Shown: one piece after another, positions 9,962-20,113 of the stretch
How the letters are laid out: the number at the start of each line of letters is the position of its first letter
Numbering within the stretch: the first letter of the stretch is position 1
DNA from: Longimicrobiales bacterium
Lineage (GTDB): Bacteria; Gemmatimonadota; Gemmatimonadetes; Longimicrobiales; Gaopeijiaceae
Length of the DNA: 64,000 nucleotides
Assembly: GCA_965238005.1 (NCBI GenBank)
Contig: OZ250165.1
Span: 2,112,001-2,176,000, forward strand
Direction of reading: 5' to 3'
Made by a program: the position numbers and the translations under genes
The notes under the pieces: generated by a model
Told to the model about the DNA's origin: nothing
Seen by the model: only the letters and a program-made list of their open reading frames with translations
The model's database searches: none

Positions 9962-11053
9962 TTGAACGTATACGACGTCTCGCCCATCGAACTGGATGAG
10001 GATCTGCGACAGCTGAGGCTCCGCCTGGGCTCCGCCGCACTGTTCATCCTCGCCGTCATGCTCGTGGGGATCGTCGGATATCGCGTCATCGACCCGGGCG
10101 TCGGCTGGGTGGATGCCTTCTACATGACGGCCATCACCCTCACCACGGTGGGGTTCGGTGAGATCGTGGACATGACGGCCCGTCCCGGCGGGCGGATCTT
10201 CACGGTCTTGCTCATTCTCGTGGGGATGGGCGGCGTGCTCTATCTTGTCACAACCGCGACGGCCCTCATTGTCGAGGGACAGATCGGGCACGTCTTCAGG
10301 AGACGGAAGTTGGAGAAGACCATCGGCAACATGTCGGGGCACTTGATCGTGTGCGGCGCAGGAGGTACGGCTGCCTACACAACCAGAGAGCTCCTGTCGG
10401 TCCGGAGACAGGTCGTGCTGATCTGCGAGAAGCGCGACCAGGTCGACTACCTGCGAGGCGAGATCGGAGACACCCCGCTCATCGTCGGTGATCCCGCTTC
10501 AGACGAAGTGCTGCTCGCGGCCGGAGTGGAGAGGGCCGCGGGGATCGTGGCGTGCACCGACAACGACAAGGAAAACGTCGTGATCACCCTGAGCGCCCGC
10601 CAGCTGAACCCGACGATCCGCATCGTCTCGCGCATCACCGACATCCACTCCGAGGACAAGATCCGACGGGTTGGAGCGGACGCGGTGGTATCGCCCACCT
10701 ACATCGGAGGCCTGCGCCTGGCTTCGGAGCTCATTCGGCCCACGGTGGTGAACTTGCTGGACGTCATGCTCCGTGATCGTGACGCCAACCTGCGCATCGA
10801 CGAGATCACGATTCCGGAGTCGTCTCCGGCTGCGGGCAAGCGGGTTCGTGAGCTGGGGCTCGACAAGATGTCCAATGCACTGCTCATGGCCGTGCGGAGC
10901 CCCTCGGGCCAATGGCACTACAACCCGGGCGAGGACCAGGAGGTGACCGCCGGGACCGTGCTCATCTTCCTCGGGTCGCCAGAGGACATGAGGGGTCTGT
11001 GCGATCAGCTTGGCGGTGTGGTCGTCTCCAAGCCCGCGGCGGCAGGAGCGTAG
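9962..11053 (+). CDS. Potassium channel protein (2TM pore plus RCK_N/RCK_C, TrkA-like)
   Basis: TLTTVGFGE selectivity filter; IVCGAG Rossmann motif; GADAVVSP; C-terminal TrkA_C region. Confidence 0.9.
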   Translation: MNVYDVSPIELDEDLRQLRLRLGSAALFILAVMLVGIVGYRVIDPGVGWVDAFYMTAITLTTVGFGEIVDMTARPGGRIFTVLLILVGMGGVLYLVTTATALIVEGQIGHVFRRRKLEKTIGNMSGHLIVCGAGGTAAYTTRELLSVRRQVVLICEKRDQVDYLRGEIGDTPLIVGDPASDEVLLAAGVERAAGIVACTDNDKENVVITLSARQLNPTIRIVSRITDIHSEDKIRRVGADAVVSPTYIGGLRLASELIRPTVVNLLDVMLRDRDANLRIDEITIPESSPAAGKRVRELGLDKMSNALLMAVRSPSGQWHYNPGEDQEVTAGTVLIFLGSPEDMRGLCDQLGGVVVSKPAAAGA

Positions 11054-11054
11054 C

Positions 11055-13598
11055 GTGGAGGAATCCGGCCATCACGTAATCGAAATCGTCGGCGCCACCG
11101 TCGGTCTCCTGCTCGTCGCGGCCGGCGTGATGGCGATCTCGAAGCGCCTCAAAGTCCCGTTCACGGTGGCGCTGGTGGTCACGGGGATCGCTTTGGCCCA
11201 GCTCGCCCACTTCGGTGGGGCGGTTCTCGAGCCCATCGCCAACCTGCGGATCGCCCCGGAGATCGCGTTTTTCGTCTTCTTGCCCACGCTGATCTTCGAA
11301 TCGGCCTTCAACCTCGAGGCGCGGGCGCTCCGTGAGAACCTCACGGCGGTCCTGACCCTAGCCGTTCCCGGCCTCCTCATCTCCACCGGTCTCATCGCGG
11401 CCATCGTGGTGGCGGCCACGCCATTCGGCTGGCTCGAGGCGCTACTCCTGGGGTCGATCCTGAGCGCCACCGATCCCGTGTCGGTGATCTCGCTCTTCCG
11501 CCAGCTCGGGGCACCCAAGAGGCTCACGATCCTCGTGGAGGGCGAAAGCCTCTTCAACGACGCCACGGCCATCGTGCTATCGAGAATTCTGACGGGCATC
11601 CTGCTCGCCGGCGTGATCACCAAGGAGGCCGTGGTCTTCGGGGGCGTCCAGTTCCTGTTCGTGTTCTTCGGTGGCCTGATGGTCGGGTGGGCAGCCGCTC
11701 TCCTGGTGGGGATGATCCTGGGCCGCGTGGAAGCAGACACCTTCATCGAGGTGACGCTCACCACCGTCTTGGCCTACGTGTCCTTCCTCCTGGCGGAGGA
11801 GGTGCTCCACCTGAGCGGGGTGATGGCGACCGTCATGGCCGGCATGCTCATCGGAGGATGGGGGAAGGCCAAGATCTCGCCGTCCGTGGTGGGCTACCTG
11901 GAGCGCTTCTGGGAATACATGGCCATGGTGGCCAACGCCCTCATCTTCCTCATGGTCGGCCTCGCCGTCGACCTGGGGGCTCTGGCGAATAGCGCCCCGC
12001 TCCTGATCGTCGTCGTCCTGGCCATGCTCGTCTCCAGGTCGATCGTGATCTTCGGGCTGGTCCCGGGTATCGGCCGCCTCCCGGGCTCGGACCCCATCGA
12101 TCGCGGTTATCAAACCGTCATGTTCTGGGGCGGCCTGCGTGGCGCCGTGGCCCTGGCCATCGCGCTGAGCCTTCCGGATCTGGGGAGAGAGGTGCCGGGC
12201 TTCGGAGACCTGAATGAGGTCATCGTGGCGCTGGTTATGGGAGCCGTGCTCTTCACGCTCCTCGCCCAGGGGCTCACCGTCGAAGCCCTCGTCCGCAGGT
12301 TCGGGCTGCACGTCCCGCCGCTGTCGGACCGCGTCGCCAGGATCGAGGGCCTGCTCTCCGCGAAGCAGCGGACCCTGGAGCAGATCCCGGACCTCAAGAC
12401 GGGAGGGCTGTTCCCTCCCCGCATCACAGAGGGGGTCCGCTCCCGCTGTGAGGCGGGCATCGAGGAGATGAAGTCGGACCTGGACGAGCTCCGCCGGGAG
12501 GAACTCGACGTCGAGCAGGAGCGCAAGCTCCTCTACCTGCGCTCCTTCGGCGAAGAGAATACGATCTACTACTCGATGTTCTCCCGCGGACATCTCACGG
12601 AGCGGACCTACCGCAACCTCGCCCACTCCATCGAGCTGCAGACCGAGGGGATCCGCCACCAGGGACGCCTTCCCGAGTACACGCTCCACCCACCCACGGG
12701 TGAGACGATCGAGAACGTGGTCTACCGCTTCATGGACCACATCCCGGGCCTGGGGGCTTGGGCAGAGAGCATGAGGGCGGAGCGCACCGCCCGCGACTAC
12801 GAGATCGCATGGGCCCGGTCACGCGGCAGCCTCCAGGTGCTGGAAGAACTGGAGGCCCTCGGTGAGGCCGAGTCGGCCCGGCCCGAGATCGTGGATGACA
12901 TTCGGGCCTCGTACGAGTACTGGCGAGAAAACGCCCGTGGTCGACTCGATCAAAACGCCGAGCAGTTTCCGGAGTTCGTGCACTCCACCCAGGAGCGCCT
13001 GGCGGAGCGCATGGTGCTCCACGCCGAGCGAGAGGCCATCGAGGCGAAGGCTCACGCCGGGATCATCCCCGAGGGTGTGGCCGAGGTCATGCTGGAGGAG
13101 ATGGCCGTAGAGCTGCGCGAACTCCGGGCGAGCAAGGCCGGGAAGCTGGCCGTGGATCCGGAGGAGCTCCTGAAGAAGGTCCCCTTCTTCAGGGACACGC
13201 CGGAAGAGGAGTTCGCCATCGTGGCGTCGAAGCTGAGGCGCAGGACCGCGCCGGCGGGCGAAGTCATCGTCAAGCAGGGGGCGTCGGGTTCGTCCCTCTA
13301 TCTGGTGGCTCGGGGTGTCATCCGGGTATCCCGGCAGGACGGTGGCGTCACCAGGGACATGGCGACGCTGATGGCGGGCGACTTCTTTGGGGAGATGGCC
13401 CTTCTGCACGGCACTCCACGAACCGCAACATGCCGCGCCGTGACCCCGTGTGCTCTTTACGAGCTGCGACGGGATCACATGGACGCGGTTAGGGAGGCGT
13501 GTCCTCGCATCCAGCAGACGTTGGAGGAGGCCGACGAGCGTCGGCGCGCGGAGCTGAGGACGCCAAGCGACCCGGGGGAGTCGGACTCCGAGCACTGA
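11055..13598 (+). CDS. CPA1 Na+/H+ antiporter with C-terminal cyclic-nucleotide-binding domain
   Basis: FLPTLIFE, SATDPVSV, EGESLFNDATAIV and WGGLRGAV motifs; CNBD motif GDFFGEMALL...PRTATC. Confidence 0.9.
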   Translation: MEESGHHVIEIVGATVGLLLVAAGVMAISKRLKVPFTVALVVTGIALAQLAHFGGAVLEPIANLRIAPEIAFFVFLPTLIFESAFNLEARALRENLTAVLTLAVPGLLISTGLIAAIVVAATPFGWLEALLLGSILSATDPVSVISLFRQLGAPKRLTILVEGESLFNDATAIVLSRILTGILLAGVITKEAVVFGGVQFLFVFFGGLMVGWAAALLVGMILGRVEADTFIEVTLTTVLAYVSFLLAEEVLHLSGVMATVMAGMLIGGWGKAKISPSVVGYLERFWEYMAMVANALIFLMVGLAVDLGALANSAPLLIVVVLAMLVSRSIVIFGLVPGIGRLPGSDPIDRGYQTVMFWGGLRGAVALAIALSLPDLGREVPGFGDLNEVIVALVMGAVLFTLLAQGLTVEALVRRFGLHVPPLSDRVARIEGLLSAKQRTLEQIPDLKTGGLFPPRITEGVRSRCEAGIEEMKSDLDELRREELDVEQERKLLYLRSFGEENTIYYSMFSRGHLTERTYRNLAHSIELQTEGIRHQGRLPEYTLHPPTGETIENVVYRFMDHIPGLGAWAESMRAERTARDYEIAWARSRGSLQVLEELEALGEAESARPEIVDDIRASYEYWRENARGRLDQNAEQFPEFVHSTQERLAERMVLHAEREAIEAKAHAGIIPEGVAEVMLEEMAVELRELRASKAGKLAVDPEELLKKVPFFRDTPEEEFAIVASKLRRRTAPAGEVIVKQGASGSSLYLVARGVIRVSRQDGGVTRDMATLMAGDFFGEMALLHGTPRTATCRAVTPCALYELRRDHMDAVREACPRIQQTLEEADERRRAELRTPSDPGESDSEH

Positions 13599-13766
13599 GA
13601 GAACCACTTGCGACGAGGGTGACCACCACGGATATTGCCCCGCTGATGACATGCCAGAATTTGCTGGACAGAACGCACAGACCCTGCCCATCTTTAATAC
13701 AGGAACGGTTTCGTGGCCTGGCGAAGGCCGTGGGTTCGTCGTCCCCCCAAGACAGGAACGAGATGG

Positions 13767-13994
13767 ATGGAAGTTCAGCAAGAGCGTCGGAAAACTAAAC
13801 GCCGAGGACCCGACCAGCGCAGCAGCGAACAGAGACGCATCGGCAAGGGGCGCCGCATCTGGAACCGTCGCATCGACGAGATTCCTGTTGAGGGCGACCA
13901 GCGTAAGGCCCTCCGCCGTATGGGCTCCGCCCGGCGCAACGGCGCGCTGCGCCGTTCGCACGCACGCCGAGACGGCGAACGGCGAATCGCGTAA
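13767..13994 (+). CDS. Small Arg-rich hypothetical protein with repeated (E/Q/D)RR motifs
   Basis: QERRK...QRR...NRR...LRR...ERRIA; followed by a terminator-like hairpin. Confidence 0.4.
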   Translation: MEVQQERRKTKRRGPDQRSSEQRRIGKGRRIWNRRIDEIPVEGDQRKALRRMGSARRNGALRRSHARRDGERRIA

Positions 13995-14018
13995 CGGCTC
14001 CGCTCGAAGCGCTTTTCG

Positions 14019-14052
14019 AAAGGCCTCCCGGTTAGCTCCCCGGGGGGCCTTC
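14019..14052. terminator. Hairpin terminator between convergent genes
   Basis: aaggcctcccgg-ttagctc-ccggggggcctt stem-loop. Confidence 0.55.
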
Positions 14053-14102
14053 TCGTATCCGGGAACCGCGGGTCGGCCTTCCCCGTTAGGCCCCTCCCGG
14101 GA

Positions 14103-15731
14103 TCAGGGTGTCCTCGGGATCAGAACCTTGCCGTCGAGATCGTCCGGCGTCGGGATTCCCGCCAGGGCAGCCAGAGTGGGCGCCACATCCACGGTGGCAA
14201 CCGGCCTGTCGGACCAGCCGGCCTCGACGCCGGCCCCATAGAAGATCAGCGGCACCCATCGGTCGAAGTAGTACGGGGAGCGATGACTGGAGCCGACGCG
14301 GCGTGTCAGCCAGGCGGGAGAGACCAACGAGTGCGGCTCCCACTGGATGTAGGCACCGAATCGGGCGAGCTCGTTCACGGGGCGGTCCCGCACATGGGAG
14401 TTGGCGAAGAACCGGGCGAACGAGTCGGCTGGCTGATCCACCTCGAGCTCACTGAGGGTGAACACCCGGCGAATCTCCGGAAGCGGCTCGAGCGCTTCCG
14501 CGATCCGTGCAGAGACATCGCCGGAATTCCCTGAAGCACCCAGCGCTTGCTGGGCGATCCGCAGGACCTCGCGGACGTCCGCGACGCCGAGGCGGGTCAC
14601 CGGCTCGTCGAGGAGCTCGGGAATGTCGGACGCGCCATGGTCGCCGGAGAGGGCCATGACCCAACCGCCCTCCCCCACCTCCTCGTCCAGGAAGCTCATG
14701 AGCTCGTCGAGTATCCCGTCGAGCCGAATCAGGTTGTCCAGCTGCTCCCGGCTGCGCGGGCCATAGGCGTGACCCACAGCGTCGGCCTGCGAGAACGACA
14801 GGGCCAGAAAGTCCACCTCACGGCGCTGGCCAAGGCGGCGCTCATCGATGGCCTCCATGGCCATATGGAGGACGGCCTTGTCGGGCAGGGGTGTCCCGTA
14901 GCGCCAACTGTTCAGACCCCGTTCATCCGCCCTCCTCACCTCCCCTCGGGCGATGTGCGGAAAGAAGCTGTGGCCGGCGGCACCCTCGAATTCCGAGGTG
15001 TCGGGTCGTGAGAGATGGAGGAACTCTTCGGGAATCCGGCTTTCCCAGATCGTGTCCGAGTAGATCTCGGGGAGGACCCTTTCGTTGAAGCGCACGACCC
15101 ACCTCGGATAACGGTCCGCGTAGAACTTCGAGGTGGCGAACTTTCCGAACTCCTGGAGAAGCCAGTAGACCTCCGCTTTCGTCTTGCCGGCCAGGTTGAT
15201 GGCCGACACGGCCTTCCGCGAGATCGACACGATGCGAGCATCATCGTCGACCTCTTCGATCCAGTCGGCTAGTCCCCCACGGCCCAGGTTGGCCGAAGAT
15301 CGCCCCCCGTAGCCGTTGTACCCGAGGATCGGCGCTAGGGAATCCCCCACCGAGAAGACAGGATCCAGCGTGCCGTTGTCGATCGCATACCACTCGTTCG
15401 CAACGACACCGTGACGCGACGGGTGAACGCCCGTCGCCAGGGTCGCGTGACCCGGCGCGGTGGAGGTCACCGCATGGTCATGAGTCGCCCGTGTGAACCG
15501 GAATCCCTCGTCGAGAAGCTTCCGTAGTCCGCCGCTGAACGCTTCCGAGTACCTCGGGAGCAGGTCGCCACGGAGCTGATCCACGACCACCAGGACCACC
15601 AGCTTGGGGGTCGCCTGGGGCTCCAGGGAGGGTTCGGCTCCTCGATGCGCGGCTCCCGTGGCGCCCCCCATGACGAGGGCAACCACCAACGCGAACGACG
15701 CTACGTATCTCTTGGACCCCGTTATTCTCAC
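14103..15731 (-). CDS. Alkaline phosphatase family protein (PafA-like)
   Basis: Signal peptide; VVVDQLRGD, TSTAPGHATLATG, DAVGHAYGP and SGDHG motifs. Confidence 0.88.
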   Translation of the reverse strand: MRITGSKRYVASFALVVALVMGGATGAAHRGAEPSLEPQATPKLVVLVVVDQLRGDLLPRYSEAFSGGLRKLLDEGFRFTRATHDHAVTSTAPGHATLATGVHPSRHGVVANEWYAIDNGTLDPVFSVGDSLAPILGYNGYGGRSSANLGRGGLADWIEEVDDDARIVSISRKAVSAINLAGKTKAEVYWLLQEFGKFATSKFYADRYPRWVVRFNERVLPEIYSDTIWESRIPEEFLHLSRPDTSEFEGAAGHSFFPHIARGEVRRADERGLNSWRYGTPLPDKAVLHMAMEAIDERRLGQRREVDFLALSFSQADAVGHAYGPRSREQLDNLIRLDGILDELMSFLDEEVGEGGWVMALSGDHGASDIPELLDEPVTRLGVADVREVLRIAQQALGASGNSGDVSARIAEALEPLPEIRRVFTLSELEVDQPADSFARFFANSHVRDRPVNELARFGAYIQWEPHSLVSPAWLTRRVGSSHRSPYYFDRWVPLIFYGAGVEAGWSDRPVATVDVAPTLAALAGIPTPDDLDGKVLIPRTP

Positions 15732-15905
15732 GAACCCTCCGGACAGGTACCGCTATGGCAACTCATTTCCCGACGCCCCACCCAATACCCTGTGAACCCA
15801 TCAGTCATACCGGGGTTAGACTTCCTGGATCCACATACCTGGAAACGACCCACGCTTCTTCCGCATGAGCCCGGGCGCCGGGACGGGCCCGTCCGATGAT
15901 GCTCC

Positions 15906-18272
15906 ATGACCGAAGACAACGACCGATCCCTTCCCAGCCCCGGCCGGGATTTCATCCGCGCCATCATCGCCGAAGACGTGGAGTCGGGCAGGCACGGAGG
16001 CAAGGTGGTTACCCGCTTCCCTCCGGAGCCCAACGGGTTCCTGCACATCGGACACGCCAAGTCGATCTGCCTCAACTTCGGCGCCGCCGCCGAGCACGGG
16101 GGCATCACGCATCTTCGCTTCGACGACACGAACCCCGAGACCGAGGACGAGCTGTACGTTCGCTCCATCCAGGACGATGTCCACTGGTTGGGGTTCGACT
16201 GGGGTGAGCACCTCTACTTCGCGTCGGATTACTTCGAGCGCCTCTACGAATACGCGAGGGAGCTGATTCGGGCGGGTCAGGCGTATGTGGACAGCTCGAG
16301 CGAAGAAGAAATCCGGGAGCATCGGGGCACCGTGAGTGAGTCGGGAAGGGAGACCCCCTTCAGAGATCGATCGGTAGAGGAGAACCTGGATCTCTTCGAG
16401 CGCGTGCGTGCGGGAGAGTTCGAGGGCGGCGAGCACGTGCTCCGGGCCCGAATCGACATGGCATCGAACAACATGCTCATGCGTGATCCTGTCCTCTACC
16501 GAATCCGGCACGCGGACCATTATCGCACCGGTGACGACTGGTGCATCTATCCCCTCTACGATTTCACGCACTGTCTCTCCGATTCGATCGAGGGCGTCAC
16601 CCACTCGGTATGCACCCTGGAGTTCGAGAACAACCGGGAGCTCTACGACTGGGTTCTGGACAACGTGGACGTGCCCCGTCCCCAGCCCAGGCAGTACGAG
16701 TTCGCGCGGTTGAACCTGGAGTACACGGTGCTGAGCAAGCGGAAACTCCTCCGGCTGGTCAACGATGGACACGTGACGGGGTGGGACGATCCGCGGATGC
16801 CTACCCTCGCCGGAATGCGCCGGAGGGGGGTGCCCCCCAAGGCTCTTCGCACCTTCTGCGACATGATCGGGGTGGCGAAGACCGAGAACCGGGTGGACAT
16901 CGGGAAGCTCGAGTACGCCATTCGAGGCGAGCTCAACCACGAGGCACCTCGGGTCATGTGCGTACTGCGCCCCCTCAAGGTCGTCATCGTGAACTACCCG
17001 GAGGGGGAGGTCGAGGAGCTGGACGCCCCGTATTTCCCAAAGGACGTGGGCAAAGAAGGATCCCGCACGATTCCCTTCACTCGGGAGCTGTACATCGAGG
17101 AGAGCGACTTCGAGGAGGATCCGCCGACGGGATTCAAGCGATTGATTCCGGGCGAGGAAGTGCGCCTGCGCTACGGCTTCGTAGTCCGTTGCGTCGATTT
17201 CGTGAAGGACGCCGCCGGGAACGTCGTGGAGGTTCACTGCAAATACGATCCCGAGACCCGAGGCGGTACCACGCCTGACGCCCGCAAGGTGAAGGGGACG
17301 ATCCACTGGGTCTCGGCCACACAGTCGCTGCCCGTGGAGGTGCGGCTCTACGACCGCCTCTTCGTGAACCCCGACCCCGACGATGTGGACGAGGGCGAGG
17401 ACTTCACGGTGAACCTCAATCCCGACTCACTTGTCGTGCTCACCGAGAGCCGGATCGAGCCCAGTGTGGCCGCAGACCCTCCGGAACGCGCGTACCAGTT
17501 CGAGCGGACGGGCTACTTCGTGGGTGACCGGGTGGACTCGAAGCCGGAGAGGCTGGTCTTCAATCGCACCGTAACCCTCCGTGACAGTTGGGCGAAGGCC
17601 CGGGAAGCGTCGGCGATGGGCGCGGGGACGGAAGCTGAAACACGTACGGAATCCCGAGCCGAGTCCGGGCAGCCCCAGCGGACGGAGCCGTCGCCGGCAC
17701 CCCCACCCCGGCCCGCACGCCCTGAGGACCCCGAGGCCGAAGCGGTCTACTACAAGCTGGTAGCGGAATCAGGCCTGTCCGAGGCCGAGGCGTCCGTCGT
17801 GGCGCAGGACGCCGAGCTCCTGACCCTCTTCCGGACGGCGTCCGAGCACACCGGTGACTCCGTGGCTCTGGCCAAGTGGGTCGTCAACGAGGTGCCGCGC
17901 GTTCGGGAAGGTCGCCCGGTGGCCGACCTACCCTTCGGCGGGGCCGAGTTGGGCCGGCTGGTGGAGCTCGTCTCGAGCGGCGCCGTCTCCGGCCGAGCCG
18001 CCAAGGAGGTCCTGGCCGTCATCGCCACCGAGGGCGGTGATCCCGACTCGGTGATCGAAGAGAGGGGTCTGGCCCAGGTGAGCGACGCCTCGGCGCTGGA
18101 GCCGGTGGTTGCGGGCGTGGTGGAGCGGAATCCAGACAAGGTCGAGGCGTACCGGAACGGCAAAACCGGCCTCCTCGGGTTCTTCGTCGGGCAGGTGATG
18201 AGCGAGACGAAGGGCGCCGCCGACCCGGCGCTCACACAGCGCTTGCTGCGCGACACACTGGACAGGAGCTGA
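15906..18272 (+). CDS. glnS: Glutamine--tRNA ligase with C-terminal GatB/Yqey domain
   Basis: [27 protein letters not shown] and QFERTGYF motifs; C-terminal [15 protein letters not shown] Yqey domain. Confidence 0.96.
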   Translation: MTEDNDRSLPSPGRDFIRAIIAEDVESGRHGGKVVTRFPPEPNGFLHIGHAKSICLNFGAAAEHGGITHLRFDDTNPETEDELYVRSIQDDVHWLGFDWGEHLYFASDYFERLYEYARELIRAGQAYVDSSSEEEIREHRGTVSESGRETPFRDRSVEENLDLFERVRAGEFEGGEHVLRARIDMASNNMLMRDPVLYRIRHADHYRTGDDWCIYPLYDFTHCLSDSIEGVTHSVCTLEFENNRELYDWVLDNVDVPRPQPRQYEFARLNLEYTVLSKRKLLRLVNDGHVTGWDDPRMPTLAGMRRRGVPPKALRTFCDMIGVAKTENRVDIGKLEYAIRGELNHEAPRVMCVLRPLKVVIVNYPEGEVEELDAPYFPKDVGKEGSRTIPFTRELYIEESDFEEDPPTGFKRLIPGEEVRLRYGFVVRCVDFVKDAAGNVVEVHCKYDPETRGGTTPDARKVKGTIHWVSATQSLPVEVRLYDRLFVNPDPDDVDEGEDFTVNLNPDSLVVLTESRIEPSVAADPPERAYQFERTGYFVGDRVDSKPERLVFNRTVTLRDSWAKAREASAMGAGTEAETRTESRAESGQPQRTEPSPAPPPRPARPEDPEAEAVYYKLVAESGLSEAEASVVAQDAELLTLFRTASEHTGDSVALAKWVVNEVPRVREGRPVADLPFGGAELGRLVELVSSGAVSGRAAKEVLAVIATEGGDPDSVIEERGLAQVSDASALEPVVAGVVERNPDKVEAYRNGKTGLLGFFVGQVMSETKGAADPALTQRLLRDTLDRS

Positions 18273-18359
18273 GCGGCGCGCGGGCTTCGACTCTAGAGGC
18301 TGTTGAAGAAGTACAGTTCATACCAATTATTGTGTTGGGCACAGTTCGGTAGGCGGTCC

Positions 18360-19877
18360 TTAAGAGCTGTGAGACACCTCCAGGCCTTCTTCTCCCGTCC
18401 CGTACACGTAGTCCTCCAGGGCGCCGTGAATTCGACTTATCGTCTCGGCTGATGGTGGCGCGCTGAGCCGCGACACGACGATGCACACCGCCAAGTTCGC
18501 GGCCAAGGACCAGATGGCGCCGTGCACACCGAGTGGATGGGGCACGATTACCAGGGTCCAGTAGAGCGCGACCAGTCCGGCTCCGATGCCTGCCAGCACC
18601 CCCACCCTGCTGAATGGTCGACGAGTCGGGTAGCACACCCCCAGCGTCCCCGGCAGGAGCTGGAGCGCTCCCGCCCCTGACAGCGTCACCAGGGTCACGA
18701 GGAAGCCGAACGTATTCACGGAAAGCACGTAGCCTACCACCAGGAGCCCCAGCACAATCCCCCGCCCCACCCAGACGTAATGGCCCGCGTCACGGTCCGG
18801 AGCGATGTAGCGCTGGTAGACGTCTCGGGTCAGGACCGTCATGTTCGCGTGGAGTATGGAGTCCAGCGTGGACATGGCAGCCGCCGTGGCCCCGGCCAGG
18901 ATCAGCCCGGTGAGCCACGCCGGGGCGTAGCGGACCAGCAGCTCGGGGAAGATGCGGTCCGGAATGGCCAGATCCGGCAGGATGATGGCCCCGCCCAGAC
19001 CCACCAGGGCGGCCGGCATGTACATGGTCATGAGGAAGAGGGGTGTGGTGGCGCCCAACCACTTGATGACTCGCCCCGAGGTCGCCGTGTAGTAGCGGAT
19101 AAACATGTGGGGCTGGAGGACGATCCCGAAAGACAGGGCGACCGTCATGCCCACCCACATGCCCGGGGTGAAGAAGCCCTCGGGGCCAGGGAGCCTCAGA
19201 AGATCCGGACGCTCCTCCGCCACCCTGCGCCAAAGGGCCAGCGGACCACCGAACAGCCTCTCGGCCAGCACGAGAGCGCCGACCCACACGGCCACGTACA
19301 TCCACACGCCCTGGACCACGTCCGTCCAGTATACGGCCCGCAGCCCTCCGGCCATGAGGTATCCACCTGCGACGACGAGGAGAATGAGGGTCCCCATCTC
19401 GAAGGAGATCCGGTCGCCGGACGCCACGGAGATAATGTATCCCAGGCCCTGAGCCTGGACCTGGATGTACAACACGGTAAAAAGGACCGAGACGACCGCC
19501 ACGACCACACGGACGGCTTCGCTCTCATAGAAGTCGGCCAGCATGTCGGCGGGGGTGATGTAGCGGAAGCGCTTTCCCAACACCCAGATGCGGACGCCCA
19601 GCGTGTAGGTGATAGCCCCCATCAGGACCGTCCACGTCCCGGCCTCCCAGAAGCCGATCCCGTGCGTGTAGAAGAAGCCGCCGGAGCCCAGGAAGGCGAA
19701 CGCGGAGTGAATGCTGGCCACCACCGTGAGGTACAGGACCACGAACCCGGCTTGTCGGCCGTAGAGGAGAAAGTCCTCCAGGTCCACGGACAGGGCACGG
19801 TTCGCCAGGAATCCCAGGACGATGGTGACGAGGATGTAGGTGAAGATGAGGCCCGTTGCGACGACCCAGCTCTCCAC
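18360..19877 (-). CDS. Sodium:solute symporter family protein
   Basis: About 13 hydrophobic helices; GGLRAVYWTDVVQG and AAAMSTLDS motifs. Confidence 0.9.
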   Translation of the reverse strand: MESWVVATGLIFTYILVTIVLGFLANRALSVDLEDFLLYGRQAGFVVLYLTVVASIHSAFAFLGSGGFFYTHGIGFWEAGTWTVLMGAITYTLGVRIWVLGKRFRYITPADMLADFYESEAVRVVVAVVSVLFTVLYIQVQAQGLGYIISVASGDRISFEMGTLILLVVAGGYLMAGGLRAVYWTDVVQGVWMYVAVWVGALVLAERLFGGPLALWRRVAEERPDLLRLPGPEGFFTPGMWVGMTVALSFGIVLQPHMFIRYYTATSGRVIKWLGATTPLFLMTMYMPAALVGLGGAIILPDLAIPDRIFPELLVRYAPAWLTGLILAGATAAAMSTLDSILHANMTVLTRDVYQRYIAPDRDAGHYVWVGRGIVLGLLVVGYVLSVNTFGFLVTLVTLSGAGALQLLPGTLGVCYPTRRPFSRVGVLAGIGAGLVALYWTLVIVPHPLGVHGAIWSLAANLAVCIVVSRLSAPPSAETISRIHGALEDYVYGTGEEGLEVSHSS

Positions 19878-19880
19878 GGA

Positions 19881-20105
19881 TCAGACCTTCTTCCGGAGCG
19901 TCCAGAGCAGAACGCCGATGAGCGCGAAATAGATGACGCCGAGGTACACGTAGAGGAAGGGCAGGCCGAGTACCGACGTGCCTTCGAAGTACCCGTCTAC
20001 CCAGAAGACGATGGGCGGCTGGGCCAGCGCCATGAGAGCCAGGAACGCGGTGACGCTGACCCACCCCGCCGAGGACCGGGGAACGTAATGGCTCGGGAAG
20101 CTCAT
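19881..20105 (-). CDS. Small 2-TM partner protein of SSS transporter (DUF3311-like)
   Basis: Two TM helices with a VLGLPF motif, directly upstream of the symporter. Confidence 0.7.
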   Translation of the reverse strand: MSFPSHYVPRSSAGWVSVTAFLALMALAQPPIVFWVDGYFEGTSVLGLPFLYVYLGVIYFALIGVLLWTLRKKV

Positions 20106-20113
20106 GACCTATC

